In this document: piece by piece, positions 38,336-53,100 of the stretch
Position numbering within the stretch: the first letter of the stretch is position 1
Layout: every line of letters begins with the position of its first letter
Assembly (NCBI GenBank): GCA_951406725.2
Contig: OX597815.1
Location: 4,526,001-4,590,000, forward strand
Direction: 5' to 3'
From: Octopus vulgaris
Lineage: Eukaryota
DNA length: 64,000 nt
The notes under the pieces: generated by a model
What the model was told of the DNA's origin: nothing
What the model saw: only the letters and a program-made list of their open reading frames with translations
Databases searched by the model: none
Position numbers and translations under genes: made by a program

Positions 38336-38769
38336 GCTTAATATTACCCTGGTTATTTCTATTATTTTCAAACAGGTTTCAGCTCAAAGTGATCAAAAGT
38401 GGCTTCCACTATATATATATATATGTGTGTGTCTTTGTATGTGTATTTGAGTTTATAAACAAGAAAATGTACTCAATACAGAAGTATGGTGTAAAAATTC
38501 AATATAGGGCTGGTTATGCTATCAGTAACCTATGTGAATCTGAGTACAGAGTAATCTCAACACTACAGTGTGTGTGTGTGTAATCATGAAAACAGAGAGG
38601 GGGGGTGATTCAGCAAGGTGGAACAAGATTAATATTGGAGTCCCAAGAATAAGAATCCTCTCAAAATGAAAAGGGGCTGAGAGATTGTCCCTTTTAAAAG
38701 AGGGGCCAGCACATAGTCAACTGCTTTACTCTCTGCAATTTCCCCTTATAAGAATATGTATTATATACA

Positions 38770-38800
<31 letters not shown>

Positions 38801-40349
38801 GTACATCTGTAATATATAATACACACACACACACACACAAAATTCATGAACATATGTGTATATTACAGTCACACAGATATTTCATTTTAATGATTACATT
38901 TATAATTTGCATAACGCTCAATTTAACTCCTTCATTCCTTTTTCCTTAATTTTCTTCTTGATTCTGGTTGATTTTTAACTGACATTGTCCTCTTATTCAC
39001 AATGGCTTCTACACATTTACATATATAACACTTCATGATGAAGCTACAGCATGATACTCAAGCATTCAATTATGAGTGCATTGCATCTTATAGCAGAAAC
39101 GACTGTAAGCCAATGCAGTTCATAACATAATTGTTTATTCCTTTGTCATTCGAATTTCTTTACACACACACACACACACATATATGGACAACAAAAAAAA
39201 GAGAAAAAAAACCTAAATATAACATCTTTTGATTCTCTCCTATAAACTAATTAACATCTGCTAATGACAATTAAAAGAATGGCCTCTGTGTAATGATGTA
39301 CAGCTGTTTAATGCCTCAATTCAAGTCTAACAATCCATCCCCCAGGTGATGTAACAATTATAATAATTACAGTAATGAGGAATAACAACACAATCAAAAA
39401 GACAAAAAAAAGGCATTTTTAATATTTCCAATTTTTTCTTCCTCAGACATGTGACATTTTTAAATGTTGATAGAAAAAAAAAACTGAAGAGAGTAATAAA
39501 AAAAACTTTTTTTTTTTTTTTTTTTTACATCCTTGAAGGAAATCTTTCTTTCTGGTAAAATACAACTTCCAGCAAATTACAACAAAACCAAAATCTCCAA
39601 ACTAATTCCTGAAATAAGATTCTCAACAATTTATCTTTTCTAGATTTCCCCATTTGTCTGCCCTTTTTTTCTTTTTTTTTTACCTCTTTTCTTTTCTTTT
39701 CCTTCTGACTTTGATCACTTAATGCTTGCCTCTCTAAGCAGAAGTTTGTTTGGTGCTAATAACCACCCACCACCTTTTACCAAAATGCAATCTGCTGCCA
39801 AAATACATCTATTAGGACATCTTCATTGCTATAGTTTCGATTTACGATGAGAACTGTTTAGGGGGTGGGGGTGGAGTGGGTAGTGACCGGTAGGTGGCTA
39901 AAAAAAAAAACACAAGTACTCAGCAGGTTATCTGGAATTCATTTCTGTGTGTAATTGGAAGTTTGAATCAGAATGGCATTACTTAAAGTTTCCCAGAAAG
40001 TCTGAGGACAGGAGGGGGGGGGGATCTAAGTTACTCGGCCAGGAATGTTTTTCCCAATTCTGAGCCATCAATGGGTGGGTGCGGTAAGAAGCTGGCTTCC
40101 CCATCACATTGTTCTGGGTTCAGTTCCACTGTGTAGCACCTTGGGCAAGTGTCTTCTACTATAGCCTCAGGCCAACCAAAGCCTTGCGAGTGAATTTGAT
40201 AAACAGAAATAGAAGGAAGCCTGTCATGTGTATGTGTGTGCATGTTTATGTTAAACAGTCGTATGTCCAAAATTGGCCAAATGTGTTTATTTTTTCAATA
40301 TTTATTTTTGCTTGCCATAACCAGTTCTTTTGGTCAAACTATCGTATCT

Positions 40350-41100
40350 CCAGCTGCACCAGGCTCCAATCTGATCTGGCAGAGTTTCTACAGCTGGATG
40401 CCCTACCTAACGCCAAGTAGAGTTTAGTGTCCAATGAAAAAAAGGTATGCATAAGTGGGTTGGTTACACCTCTGGCATAGGCCATGGGTTATGATCTCAC
40501 TTGGCTTGCTGGGTCTTCTCAAGCACAGCATATTTCCAAAGGTCAATAGTCATTGCCTCGGTGAGGCCTAATGTTAGAAGGCCGTGCTTCACCACCTCAT
40601 CCCTGGTCTTCCTGGGTCTACCTCTTCCACAGGTTCCCTCAACCGCAAGGGTGTGGCAATTTTTCACACAGTTATCCTCATTCATTCCCAACATATGACC
40701 CTACCAGAGCAGTCGTCTCTCTTGTACACCACATCTGATGCTTCTTAGGTCCAACTTTTCTCTGTCAAGTATGCGCACTGACATTACACATACATCGGAG
40801 TATACTGGCTTCATTCCTTGTGAGCTAACGCATGTCCTCAGCAGTCACAGCCCATGTTTCACTGCCATGTAGCATAGCTGTTCATACACATGCATCATAC
40901 AGTCTACCTTTTGCTCTGAACCAGAGGCCCTTTGTCACCAGCAGAGGTAAGAGCTCTCTGAACTTTGCCCAGGCTATTCTTATTTTAGCAGCTACACTTT
41001 CAGAGCATCCACCCAACCCCCACTACTGACTTGGTCACCTAGGTAACGGAAGCTATCAACTACTTCTAGTTTTTCTCCCTGGAATGTGGCAGAAGTTGTT
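40350..41100 (-). mobile_element. RTE-clade LINE 3' fragment
   Basis: LEVVDSFRYLGD and VEGTCGRGRPRKT...WKYAVLEKTQQAK followed by the 3' UTR. Confidence 0.85.
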
Positions 41101-41103
41101 CTC

Positions 41104-41151
<48 letters not shown>

Positions 41152-41275
41152 GGAGTAGCTGTGTGGTAAGTAGCTTGCTTACCAACCACAAGATTGGCAC
41201 CTTGGGCAAGTGTCTTCTATAGCCAACCAAAGCTTTGTGAGTGGATTTGGTAGATGGAAACTGAAAGAAGCTCGT

Positions 41276-41320
<45 letters not shown>

Positions 41321-43053
41321 GTGTGTATGTGTTTGTGTCTGTATGTCCCCCCTACCATCGCTTGACAACCAATGCTGGTGTGTTTACATCCCTGTAACTT
41401 AGTGGTTTGGCAAAAGAGACCGATAGAATAAGTACTAGGCTTACAAAGATTAAGTCCTGGCGGGGGCAATTTGTTCGACTAAAGGTGGTGCTCCAGCATG
41501 ACCGCAGTCAAATGACTGAAACAAGTAAAAGAATAAACACTCTTAATGCCCGGCCTGGGAATCGAAACTGATCCTATATCCACATGTCTGCTACCCTAAC
41601 CACTGAGCCATTGCACCTCCTTATATATAGGTGTGTGTGTGTGTATGTGTGTACATCTGCTCACTTCAACCTAACACAGGAACTATAGTAGTATTACAGT
41701 GTACAAACTACTTCACAGCAATCTGCTATATTTGCTAAGCATGCTTTACTATGAACAGGAAAACTATTTATACCATTCTGCACTCAGTCAGAAGAGTTTC
41801 TGAAGACATATATTACAATATTTAGCAGGTTTTTTTTTTCAAGATTTCTTAGCTGAGACACTTCTAGTTTTTTCGTTCTAATTTTACCAATCACATAAAT
41901 TCAAAATAGTTGCTTTAATATAAATGGAGTAAAAAGTTAATTATTTACAGTTCGTTTTATACATTGTATCAATATGAGTTAACATAGATATGGGTGAGAT
42001 GTGCACGAGTGTGTGTGTGTGTGATTGTGTCAATTGGCACTTGTGCCAGTGGAACGTTAAAAGCACATCCGAATGTGGGGTGTAACCACCCCACTTGTCA
42101 GTACCCCTCATTCACTGGACAATAAACTTTGCTTGCGAAGACCTATTGAGGCAAGTGAAATCAAAATCACTGATGTGGCCAATGACAGTACTGCCTGATT
42201 GGCACTTGTGCCAGTGGAACGTTAAAAGCACATCCGAGCATGATTGTTGCCAGGGCCAGGGATTGTCTCCCGTGCTGGTGGCATGTAAAAAGCACTATTC
42301 GAGCGTGAATGTTGCCAGCGTCGCCTTACCGGCACGTAAAAAAAAGCGTCATTCAAGCATGGTCATTGCCAGTGCCACCAAACTGACTCCCGTACAGGTA
42401 GCACATAAAAAACACCTTTTGAGCGTGGTCATTGCCAGAATCACCTGACTGGCCCTCATGCCGGTGGCACATAAAAGCACCCACTACATTCTCAGAGTGG
42501 TTGGCATTAGGAAGGACATCAAGCTGTAGATCAGATTGAGCCTGGCGCAGCCTCTGGTTCACCAGTCCTCAGTCAAACCGTCCGACCCATGCCAGCATGG
42601 AAAGCAGACAAACAATGATGATATGTATATATACACACACACACATAGATACATACACTATGTATTTTATCTTATTTTGAGTTATTTGACTGTGGCCATG
42701 CTGGAGCACCACTTTGAATTTTAGTCAGATGAATCAGCTTCTACTGCATTTTTTAAGCCCTGTACTTATTCTATTGGTTACAGGGATGTAAACAGACCAA
42801 CACCGAATATCAAGTGGTAGTGGGGAACAAACAGCTACAAAGAGACACAAACACACATATATATATATGCCAGGCTCCTTTCATTTTTTTCTACCAAATC
42901 CACTCACAAGGCTTTGGTTGGCCTGAGGCTCTAATAGACACTTGCCCAAGTTGCCACACAGTGGGACTGAACCCAGAACCAAGTGGTTGAGAAGAAACCT
43001 TCTTTCCACACAGTCACATCTGCACCTATCTCTCTCTCTCTCTCTCTCTCTCT

Positions 43054-43125
<72 letters not shown>

Positions 43126-43629
43126 ACACATAATGGGAAATAGATGGAGAATGAAGAGAGAGCAAGCTGTGTTTCTTATGAAAAAAGAATCCCCTAAGTT
43201 TCTGAAGTTGCTTCAGGTTCATGGTTGAAAAGAAAATATAAGCAAAAAAAAAGGAAGTTTTACAGGATTTTTTTTTTTTTCATTTATAGAAAAAGGATTT
43301 TAGCAGAGATGTTTATTATGGAGCAGAGCCTGGGGGATTAGGATTAAGAACTTAAGATGTAAATATTTCTGAGTTACACATTTGAGAATCTGGTTGGAAC
43401 TTAAGTCTACTTGCTATAGTAATGTCTAGGGCATTCTTTAAAAAAAGAAAATTCAAAATCTATTGCTACCATGGAATAGGAATGGCAAAGAAATGTTTAC
43501 CTATGTTTTTGTACGTGAATAAATCAAGCTTTGGGTTGTTGTTTTTTTTTGTTCTGGAGATGTGTTAAAGACAGCTTTTACAGAAGTTTTACTCAAAATT
43601 TAGAAATAATAATCAAAAAATTGTCAGCT

Positions 43630-44100
43630 AAGACTCTACTCCCTGGAGAGAAGACGGGAGAGGTATGCAGTAATATATATCTGGAAGATCCTGGAAGGAA
43701 TTGTGCCAAATTTTGGCATTGAAAGCTACACCAATGCTAGAACGGGATGACACTGCGTAGTGCCAAAGATCCTAGCAATGCCATCACACTTCAGGACCAG
43801 TTACTGCAACAGTCTGGGTTTCAGGGGCCCACAGCTTTTTAATATTCTCCCAAAGAGTCTGAGGAACTTGCACAAAGTAGATGTAGCGGTTTTTAAATCA
43901 AAGCTGGATCTCTTCCTGTCGAGAGTCCCAGATGAACCTACCTCACGGCAAGAGGTGCAAATGAGAGTAGCTGTATCAAACTCCATTCTTCACCAAGTGC
44001 CACATATTAGAGGAGGTTCGTCGCAATAACAGTGTAGCACAAAACGGCGGTGCATCAGCATGGCCGCAGCTCTGAGCTGAAACTAAAAAAAGAAAAACTA
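43630..44100 (+). mobile_element. CR1/L2-group LINE 3' end
   Basis: YSLERRRERYAVIYIWKILEG...GPQLFNILPK...FKSKLDLFLSRVPDEP, then a short UTR and A-rich tail. Confidence 0.85.
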
Positions 44101-44988
44101 AAACTTTTGACGAGCATTGTAAAACGACTGTTATGCTGCCAAAGAAGCAAAGATCTTGATACCAGTTTGGAGCCAGGTTTGTAGAAGCACTTTCACTTCC
44201 TCGACCCGAGAAAGACCCAACAACATTCATATATGAAATTCACATTTTACATTCCTTAAATTTAAAAAGCTTTTTTTCTGCCTAGTTAAAAAGAAGCCAA
44301 TATTCTTTAACTTAGAAGGGTGGTGGAACCAAAGGAATCTGCAGGGTTCCAGCTAAATACAGCTGTATCTAGTTGATTCAACCCTTTTACAATCTGCGTT
44401 GAAACACCCCACCAAAGTCAACTATGCCTTTTAACCTTTTACCAGTAATATATGCTGGTCCAGATTCAGTTCAGAAGGACAATTAACTTAACGAACTGTC
44501 CTTGTGACTAATTAACAAATTAATATATTTTAAATCTAAAATTAGTGACAATTAGATCCTGCTTTTTGTTTTCTCTTTCATTCATGTTTTTCCTTCTTTA
44601 ATTATTTTTTTTTTCAAGTGATAAAAAAATTTTATAAAACAAAAACTAAAAAAGATAAATCAATTTAAATGTGATCAACACCTTGTTTGTTTTTCTTTGT
44701 GCTTTTTAAATATTATTTCTTGCTTCAATGAAAATAGCAAAACAATATTAAATACCAGTAAGTTCCTTCGGAGGATATTTCATGTTAAACATATCTAAAT
44801 GCTGCACCAGTTATGAAACAACTTGTGTAGCTACATACCGATCTTGGAATTGTCTCCCTTATCTTTCTTGACAAAAAGTATCATTAACTGTTGGGTCACT
44901 TTTCTTTTAATTCCATGTTTAATTTCAATAAATAGAAAAAGTTAGGAGGCTCACAACATTAAGTATGGTTAGGCCTCATTTCACTATA

Positions 44989-46060
44989 CGGGGTACCCAA
45001 AAGTAACCAGAAATGTTCGCTGTGGGACAAGCCCATTGTAGTTCAGGCTTGTTCTGCCACTTGATGCGACCCTCTGCTGACCAGTGTCATTGGGTGAGGT
45101 CACAGTGCTACGTGGCTGTGCTTCTCCCTTGTTTGTCGATTTTTGTGATGGCTGAAATGAAGGAACAGTGTGCTTCTGTGAAATTCTGTTTTCTGCCGGG
45201 GAAATCGGCAGCTGAAACAGTTATCGTGCTTCAAACAGCTTCCAAGGATGCAGCCATGAGCAAAACACAAGTTTACAAGTGGTTTCCATGCTTTAGGAAT
45301 GGTCACTTGTCACTTGAAGACCAACCTTGTTTAGGGCCATCATCAACCTCCCGAAAGAAAACCTTGTGAAAATTCATGAACTGATCATGGATGACTGTTG
45401 CCAAACAATTGATGAACTTGTTGATATGACCGGTATGTCCTGGATCTCCAACCAATGAGTTTTGAGCAAAGAATTGCAAATGAAAAGAGTAGCAGCAAAA
45501 TTTGTGTCTCGTTTGCTTATGGAAGATCAAAAGAAGTCATGACCGAAAGCGTGTCCTGAACTGAAAGGACAGTTGGAAGTCGATCAGGACCTTTCTTCAA
45601 AGGTCAGCACTGGTGACAAAAGCTGGTGCTACAGCTATGACCCGGAAACAAAGCAGCAATCAAGTTAATGGAAGCATTTGATGTCGCTACACCCCCCAAA
45701 AAGTGCATCAAGTGAAGTCCGATGTCAAGATGATGCTGATTTGTTTTATCTATATGAAAGGAATTGTCCACCCAGAATTTGTTCCTCCCGGTCAAACTGT
45801 TAACCAGACATTTTACCTGACAGTTCTGAAGCGTTTGTGAAATGTGGTGAGACACGAATGCCCGAACCAGTGACATGGAAAGTGGTAGTTTCATCACGAC
45901 AATGCACCTGTGCACACTGCCTTGAGTGCAAAACAGTTTTTGACAAAAATTGGTATGAGCCCGCTTCATATTCACTTGATCTGGCTCCCTGCAACATTTT
46001 TTGTTCTTCTGATTGAAAAAAAAGTCCTTTAAAGGGAAACATTTTGCAGATGTGGAAGAG
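44989..46060 (+). mobile_element. Near full-length mariner transposase pseudogene
   Basis: EQCASVKFCF, VYKWF, AAKFVSRLL, TGDKSWCYSYDPETKQQS, HHDNAPVH and YSLDLAPC motifs with frameshifts. Right end displaced by an RTE-UTR copy. Confidence 0.9.
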
Positions 46061-47037
46061 GTCATCATCATCATCATTTAGCGTCCACTTTCCATGCTAG
46101 CATGGGTTGGACAGTTCAACTGGGGTCTATGAAGCCGGAAGGCCGCATCAGGCCCAGTCTGATCTGGCAGTGTTTCTACGGCTGGATGCCCTTCCTAACG
46201 CCAACCACTCCGTGAGTGTAGTGGGTGCTTTTTATGTGCCACCAGCACGGAAGCCATTCAAGGTGGCGCTGGCATTGGCCACGTTCGGATGGTGCTTTTT
46301 ACGTGCCACCGGGTCGGGTATCACTACTACAATTTCCATTTGATTTTTATTTTGATGTACTTAACGCAATGGGTCTCCTCAAACACAGCAGGTCGCCCTA
46401 CGATCCAAGGTACTTTGAATGGGCTGGGGCTGCTATGTGAAGCTGGTGCAGGAAACAGCCATGAACTCACATTATTTGTTGAGTATTTGTAAAAATTTGG
46501 AGGTCTGGGTTTGCACCCTCTAAGCAAATTTCATTCCGGAGCCAGTGTCGCTTAATTGAAGAATAAAGTGAAAGCCTGGTTGTAAGTTTGGTAAGCAATT
46601 CCAGAGAGGCAACAATTTTTACACACGCTAAAATATGAAAGACTTGACAAAAAATCGTAAGTCTTTTGTAAAAATATTAAAGAACAAAAGAAAACAGCAA
46701 CCTTCATATTGTTGATTATATTTATCAAGTGAATAAAATAAAGAACCTAGAAGAGAACTAACAACACGTTGCAACTTCAAGAAGATATGGAATTGTCTCA
46801 AGAGCATTATAGCCTCATCCTTGCTCCCAGGAAGCCTACCATGTCTTTCTTTTTCTTTTATTCCTTTACTTGTTTCAGTCATTTGACTGTGGCCATGCTG
46901 GAGCACCGCCTTTAGTCGAACAAAATCTTTGTAAGCCTAGTACTTATTCTATCAGTCTCTTTTACAGGGATGCAAACACACTAACACTGGTTGTCAAGTG
47001 ATGGTGGGGTGACAAACAGACACACAAACATATACAC

Positions 47038-47094
<57 letters not shown>

Positions 47095-48339
47095 ATGGGC
47101 TTCTTTCGGTTTCTGTTTACCAAATCACAAGGATTTAGTTGGTCTGAGGATATAGTAGAATACACTTGCCCAAGGTGCCATACAGTGGGACTGAACCCGG
47201 AACCATGTGGTTGGTAAGCAAGCTTCTAAACCACACAGTCACGCCTGCACCAATCTCTGTATAATGGATTAGCATTGAGCTTCTAGATCTATGGGGCTTC
47301 CAGGCAACTACTTATTATGTCCATACTTTGAGACAACCATTGAAATAAGTGCTGAAGGAAGAAAAATAATAAAAACAAAGAAAATATTCGCTGTAATTGA
47401 AATTGAAAGGAAGATGCCCAAATTAGGAATAGTTTTAGATATTTAGGAAAAACATTAACAGATGACTACAGCAACTACAGTGGTTCCAATAATATTGCAC
47501 CAGAGCGCTGCCTTGACTGGCTTCCATGTTCGTGGCATGTAAAAACCACCAACCGATTGTGGCCGTTGCCAACCTCCCCTGGCATGTAAAAAGCACCATT
47601 CGTACTTGGTCGATGCTAGCACCACCTTGACTGGCTTCTGTGCTGGTGGCCCGTAAAAAGCACCAACTGATCTTGGCCGTTTCCAGCCTCCCCTGGCACC
47701 TGCCCCGGTGGCACGTAAAAAGCACCCACTACACTCACAGAGTGGTTGGCATTAAGAAGGGCATCCAGCTGTAGAAACACTGCCAGATCAGACTGGAGCC
47801 TGGTGCAGCCTCCTGGCTTCCCAGACCCCGGTCAAACCGTCCAACCCATGCCAGCATGGAAAATGGACGTTAAACGATGATGATGTTTCGTCCAGCCCAT
47901 GCCAGCACAGAAAACAGATTTTAAATGATGATGATGTTTTGGAAAATAATAAAAATTATGTTTTTTTTTTTTTTTTTTTTTTTAAAGAGTGTTTTTCATG
48001 AGAGCACTATGAGGAAGAATTAAAGATTTTAGATGCTGAAAGTGGGGAAAAAAATCATGGCACTTGAAATTGAAAGATGACTCACGTTCTTTATACATAA
48101 CAATAACATTGAGCTAAAGAGATGTGCTTCAAGAGGACACAGCTTGGATTTTAACACTATCTACATTATATATATAAATATATATACACGCTCTTGGAGT
48201 GGTTGGCATTAGGAAGCGCATCCAGCTGTAGAAACTCTGCCAGATCAGAAGGAGCCTGGTGCAGCCATCTGGTTTGCCAGTCCTCAGTCAAATCCTCCAA
48301 CACATGCTAGCATGGAAAGCGGACATTAAATGATGATGA

Positions 48340-48389
<50 letters not shown>

Positions 48390-49379
48390 TCATCATCGTT
48401 TAACGTCCGTTTCCCATGCTTGCATGGGCTGGACAGTTCGACTGGGGTCTGGGAAGCCAGGGGCTGCACCAGGCTCCAGTCTGATCTGGCAGAGTTTCTA
48501 CAGCTGGATGCCCTTCCTAACGCCAACCACTCCGTGAGTGTAGTGGGTGCTTTTTACGTGCCACCTGCACAGGTGCCAGGGGGGCCCGGCATCGGCCACA
48601 ATCGGTTGGAGCTTTTAACATGCCACCGGCACGGAAGCCAGCCAAGGCTGCGCTGGCAACGGCCACATTCGGATGGTGCTTTTTATGTGCCACCGGCACA
48701 GAAGCCAGTCGGGGCGGCGCTGGCATCAGCCACGTTCGGAATACACACACGAGCTTCCATACAGCTTTTGTCATCCATATCAACTGGAAAGGCATTAGTT
48801 GGCTGAGGACTTTAGAAGAAACTTGTTCAAGGTGTTGCCCAGTGGGAATGAGCCCAAAACAAAAGAGCTGCAAAGCAAGCTTCTTAACCCCACATCCATA
48901 GCTGTGCCTGTATATACAGTTTGATAACGAAGGGAAACTACCTAGAGACACCATCTGCATAGAAAACAGTTACTGAAGCTAGTAGTATACAATCTAATGT
49001 AGCAAGAAAGAAAAAAAAAACTTTGGTCAATCAAGCTTCTTGGCAGCACTAAGGAGAGACAAACATTGGGACAATTTCTAAGTCTTAAGAAATTCCAAGT
49101 TTACAAATGCTTACTGAATCTAAGATTTCAGAGTTGTCACCCCTGCCAGTCTTGGTAAGACTTAAACATTGGCAGAATAATAGTTTTTTTTCTCAGTCTT
49201 TTACTTGTTTCGGTTAGACTGTGGCCATGCTGGGGCACTGACTGGAAGAATTTTTAGCCAAATGGATTGACTCTTTTGCTGAATTGCTAAACTACAGGAA
49301 TGCAAAAACACATAACACTGGGTGTCAAGTGGCGGAGGCGGACAAACAAAACAAAGATACATATAAATACATATATACA

Positions 49380-49965
49380 GCAGAGGGAACCTGTGGAAGA
49401 GGTAGATCCAGGAAGACATGGGATGAGGTGGTGAAGCACAACCTCAGAACATTGGGCCTCACAGAGACAATGACAAGTGACCGAGGCCTTTGGAGATATG
49501 CTGTGCTTGAGAAGACCAAGCAAGCCAAGTGAGACCGTAGCCATGACTGATGCCAGTGTCACATAATTGGTCCGTTTAAAAGTACCCTTCAATCGTCAGG
49601 CAACATGCTGTGCTTGAGAAGACTTGTGGAGTCAAGTGAAATCATAGTCGTGGCTGATACCTGTGCCCCCTGACTGGCTCCTGTGCTGGTTGCACATAAA
49701 AACCACCATTCGAGCATGGCCGATGCCAGTGCTGGTGACATGTAAAAAGCACCATTTGCCTAACTGGCCCCCGTGCCAGTGACATGAAAAAAAATCACCC
49801 ACTACACTCTCAGAGTAGTTGGCTATAGAAAGGGCATCCAGCTGCAGAAACCTTGCCAGATCAGACTGGAGCCTGGTGCAGCCTCCTGGCTCTCCAGATC
49901 TCAGTCAAACCGTCCAACCCATGCCAGCATAGAAAGCCGACATTAAACGACAATGATGATGATGA
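49380..49965 (+). mobile_element. RTE-clade LINE ORF end with complete modular 3' UTR and (GAT)n tail
   Basis: EGTCGRGRSRKTWDEVVKHNLRTLGL...QAK* runs directly into the abundant repeat. Confidence 0.85.
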
Positions 49966-50809
49966 TATGTATGTATCTACACACACACACACACACACCC
50001 AGCAGGCTTCTTTCAATTTCCAATAAACCAAATCCACTGACAAGGATTTGGTAGGCCCGAGGCTATATAGTAGAAGACACTTGCCCAAGGTGCCACATAG
50101 TGGGACTGAACCCAGAACCATATGGTCAAGGAAGCAAACTTCTTATCACACAGCTGTGATTATTATCAAGATTCAACAGAAAACCTGAAGGCAAAATAAC
50201 CTCCTCAGCAATATTTTTAGCACCTCTACTAAATACTATCACAAGAAACCAATAAGGTCTTTTATTCCAGATTTTTCAATCTTTAACTCCTGAAAATATG
50301 CTATTTTAGGACCTGACGGGCCCTCGTGCCGGTGGCACGTAAAAGCACCCACTTCACTCTCGGAGTGGTCATCGTTAGGGAGGGCATCCAGCTGTAGAAA
50401 CTCTGCCAGATCAGACTGGAGCCTGGTGCAGCCATCTGGTTCGCCAGACCTCAATCAAATTGTCCAACCCATGCTAGCATGGAAAGCAGACATTAAACAA
50501 TGATGATGAGAGAGAGAGGGCTAATGAAGTAGTGAATAGCAACAAAAGACCAATGAACCTAGCTGATTGATTTAATTGACCTAATGATGAATGAAACAAT
50601 CAATTAGTTAATTAGTTACGGATACCAAGTTAACTAACAGAAGTGAAATAGAACCAGTGTGTATGTTTATTATTGGCATAATGACCCTCCCAGGGTAGAA
50701 CAAAATCTGTTTCAACACACAAGTTCACATTAAGAATCTTGCAAATCAAATACAAATAATACATTCTTTCTTTTAGTAATATTTCATTTGGTTTGCACTT
50801 ATTGGCACA

Positions 50810-50857
<48 letters not shown>

Positions 50858-51254
50858 TTACTCTTTTACTTGTTTCAGTCATTTGATTGTGGCCATGCTG
50901 GAGCACCACCTTTAGTCGAACAAATCGACCCCAGGACTTATTCTTTGTAAGCCTAGTACTTATTTTATTGGTCTCTTTTGCTGAACCGCTAAGTTACGGG
51001 GATATAAACCCACCAGCATCAGTTGTTAAGCGATGTTAGGGGGACAAACACAGACACACAAACATATACACACACATACATACGACGGGCTTCTTTCAGT
51101 TTCCGTCTACCAAATCCACTCACAAGGCTTTGGTCAGCCCGAGGCTATAGTAGAGGACACTTGCCCAAGGTGCCACGCAGTGGGACTGAACTCGGAACCA
51201 TGTGGTTCGTAAGCAAGCTGCTTAACACACAGCCACTCCTAAGCCTATGTCAAT

Positions 51255-51292
<38 letters not shown>

Positions 51293-51295
<3 letters not shown>

Positions 51296-51569
51296 TTCAG
51301 CAAAAATTTAGATTCAAATGAATATGGTACTTAATTTAGATGCACCAGAATTTTGAATGGTGTTATCCATAAAAATCTGTGGGGTGATTACAATCAAAAT
51401 AAGCAACAAGAATGACTCCGGTAATTTGGTACGATCGTTTCGTACTACATCATTTTGGCTGATGAGTACTCAGCATCTTAAATCTGTTGTAATACTTACA
51501 AAATTTAATAAAATGATGTAGTACGAAACGATCGTACCAAATAACTCGAGTCATTCTTGTTGCTTATTT

Positions 51570-51572
<3 letters not shown>
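51293..51572. mobile_element. Penelope-like inverted pLTR fragment within (TA)n
   Basis: Arms ~51386-51456 and ~51510-51572. Contains a hammerhead motif. Confidence 0.65.
51454..51541 (+). ncRNA. Minimal type I hammerhead ribozyme
   Basis: tttgg CTGATGA gtact [loop] agtac GAAAC gatc GTA ccaaa. All core bases and stems I, II and III are present. Predicted cleavage after 51536. Confidence 0.75.
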
Positions 51573-51617
<45 letters not shown>

Positions 51618-51944
51618 ATTTTTATTAAAATCATTTTTATAGGAAGAATGGAAAGAAAAAACATCAAAAGTATAAAAGATAAAATTATCAAAAAAAACAA
51701 ACCATAACTACTTTACTAAGGAAACAAAGAAAAAGGCATGAGGGGGGATTAAACAGCAGAAGATGGGGTAGGCGGAGATGGCAAAACGGATTGTATACCC
51801 TAGAACAAATGGCATGTTAGTAATTGAGTTTTTGGAAACCAGGTTTCCTTAGAACCTTGGTCTCTTTGCAAGCTCTGTATGTACCCAGCTGTTCCCCCAA
51901 TTTTACTGTAATGTTTAAAAATTCTTCAACTTACCTTTCATGAA

Positions 51945-53100
51945 ACTATAATCCCATTAATGGGAGCTTTAATCTGGACTTGGCTCTGGAGAAATTTAGA
52001 AAGTTCTATTTTGGTTTTCACCTTTGATAAGTTTTCTCTGAAATCACTTTTCTCTTTCAGACGGTTTCTTTCTGTCTTTATAAGGGTTCTAAACCCTGAT
52101 TCACATTAGAGAAATGTTCTGTAACGAAAAGGAGAAACCCCTTTAATTCCTTCAGTTCCAAAAATTCCACTTCTCCAGTCAAACAAAATGCATTTATTCA
52201 ACATTTTCATTCAAGAATTACATTTTTAAACTTCAAAAAACTTGAAATTTTTGACTGTGGACAAATTCTTCACAGTCAACACTAAATGGAAATCTTGTTT
52301 CTCAGTATTTCTTGTTGGAATTTAGTGACAGAATTCTGTTCTCAATTTTCCTAAATCCTATAAGATAATAATGGCTCCAAATTTGGCCAGCAATTTTAGG
52401 GTGAGGTTATTAGTCAAGTGTATCAACTCACATTGCATTTGAAGACGGAAGGAGCCAGAAGAATTCTCCTGCATTGCAGCCTTAGATCCGTCAAGATAAT
52501 AATATCTTCTTTATGCCGTTAAAAACATTCTTTTACCAAGAGACAAAATGCTGGAAAAGATGTTTTTTTTTCCTTTGGCGCCATTTTTACTTTCTCCAAG
52601 CAATTTTGAGTTTATTTAAACACAGTTCCTCCATTAAACAAATTCTTTCATCACCATCTTGGAGAGACAAATTTAATAAGTCAATCAATTCAAGAAAAAT
52701 ATCAGAGAGATAATCTAATTTACTAGGAATCTGAATAATCTCCAAGTTCTTTAGAATTATTTTTTAGCCATCACGGAGCCTTTCTGCAAAATAACCATCT
52801 CAGCTCTGATGTGTAATAAACACTCATATTTAGATTTAATTGAGTGACAAAAGTCACTGAAGAGTCTTATGGAGAGATCTTGACTTCATAAACTTAATTT
52901 GAATATCGTTCATTATCAAACCTAATTCCCATTTCAAACATTTTTAATGCACTTTTTTCTTATTTTTCTGCAAAATCTTTGATAATATCCAAGTATTCCT
53001 GAAACATCAGTTCCAGATTAATTCCTTCTGGAAAAGACTACCATTTCAAATACACATGGCATCGCCACAAATTGGTGTCGCACTCTCTGAATTTGTTTCC
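51945..53100 (-). mobile_element. hAT (Buster/Charlie-like) transposase pseudogene
   Basis: YTSELRWL (cf. HTEVRWL) and CESGFRTLIKTERNRL...DFRENLS (cf. CESGFS...IKTK.RNRL...D.R..LS), with many stops. Confidence 0.7.

Noticed and set aside
44839-44866. Minus-strand microexon (KDKGDNSKI) with GTATGT donor
   Set aside because: Weak acceptor and no partner exons; expected by chance.
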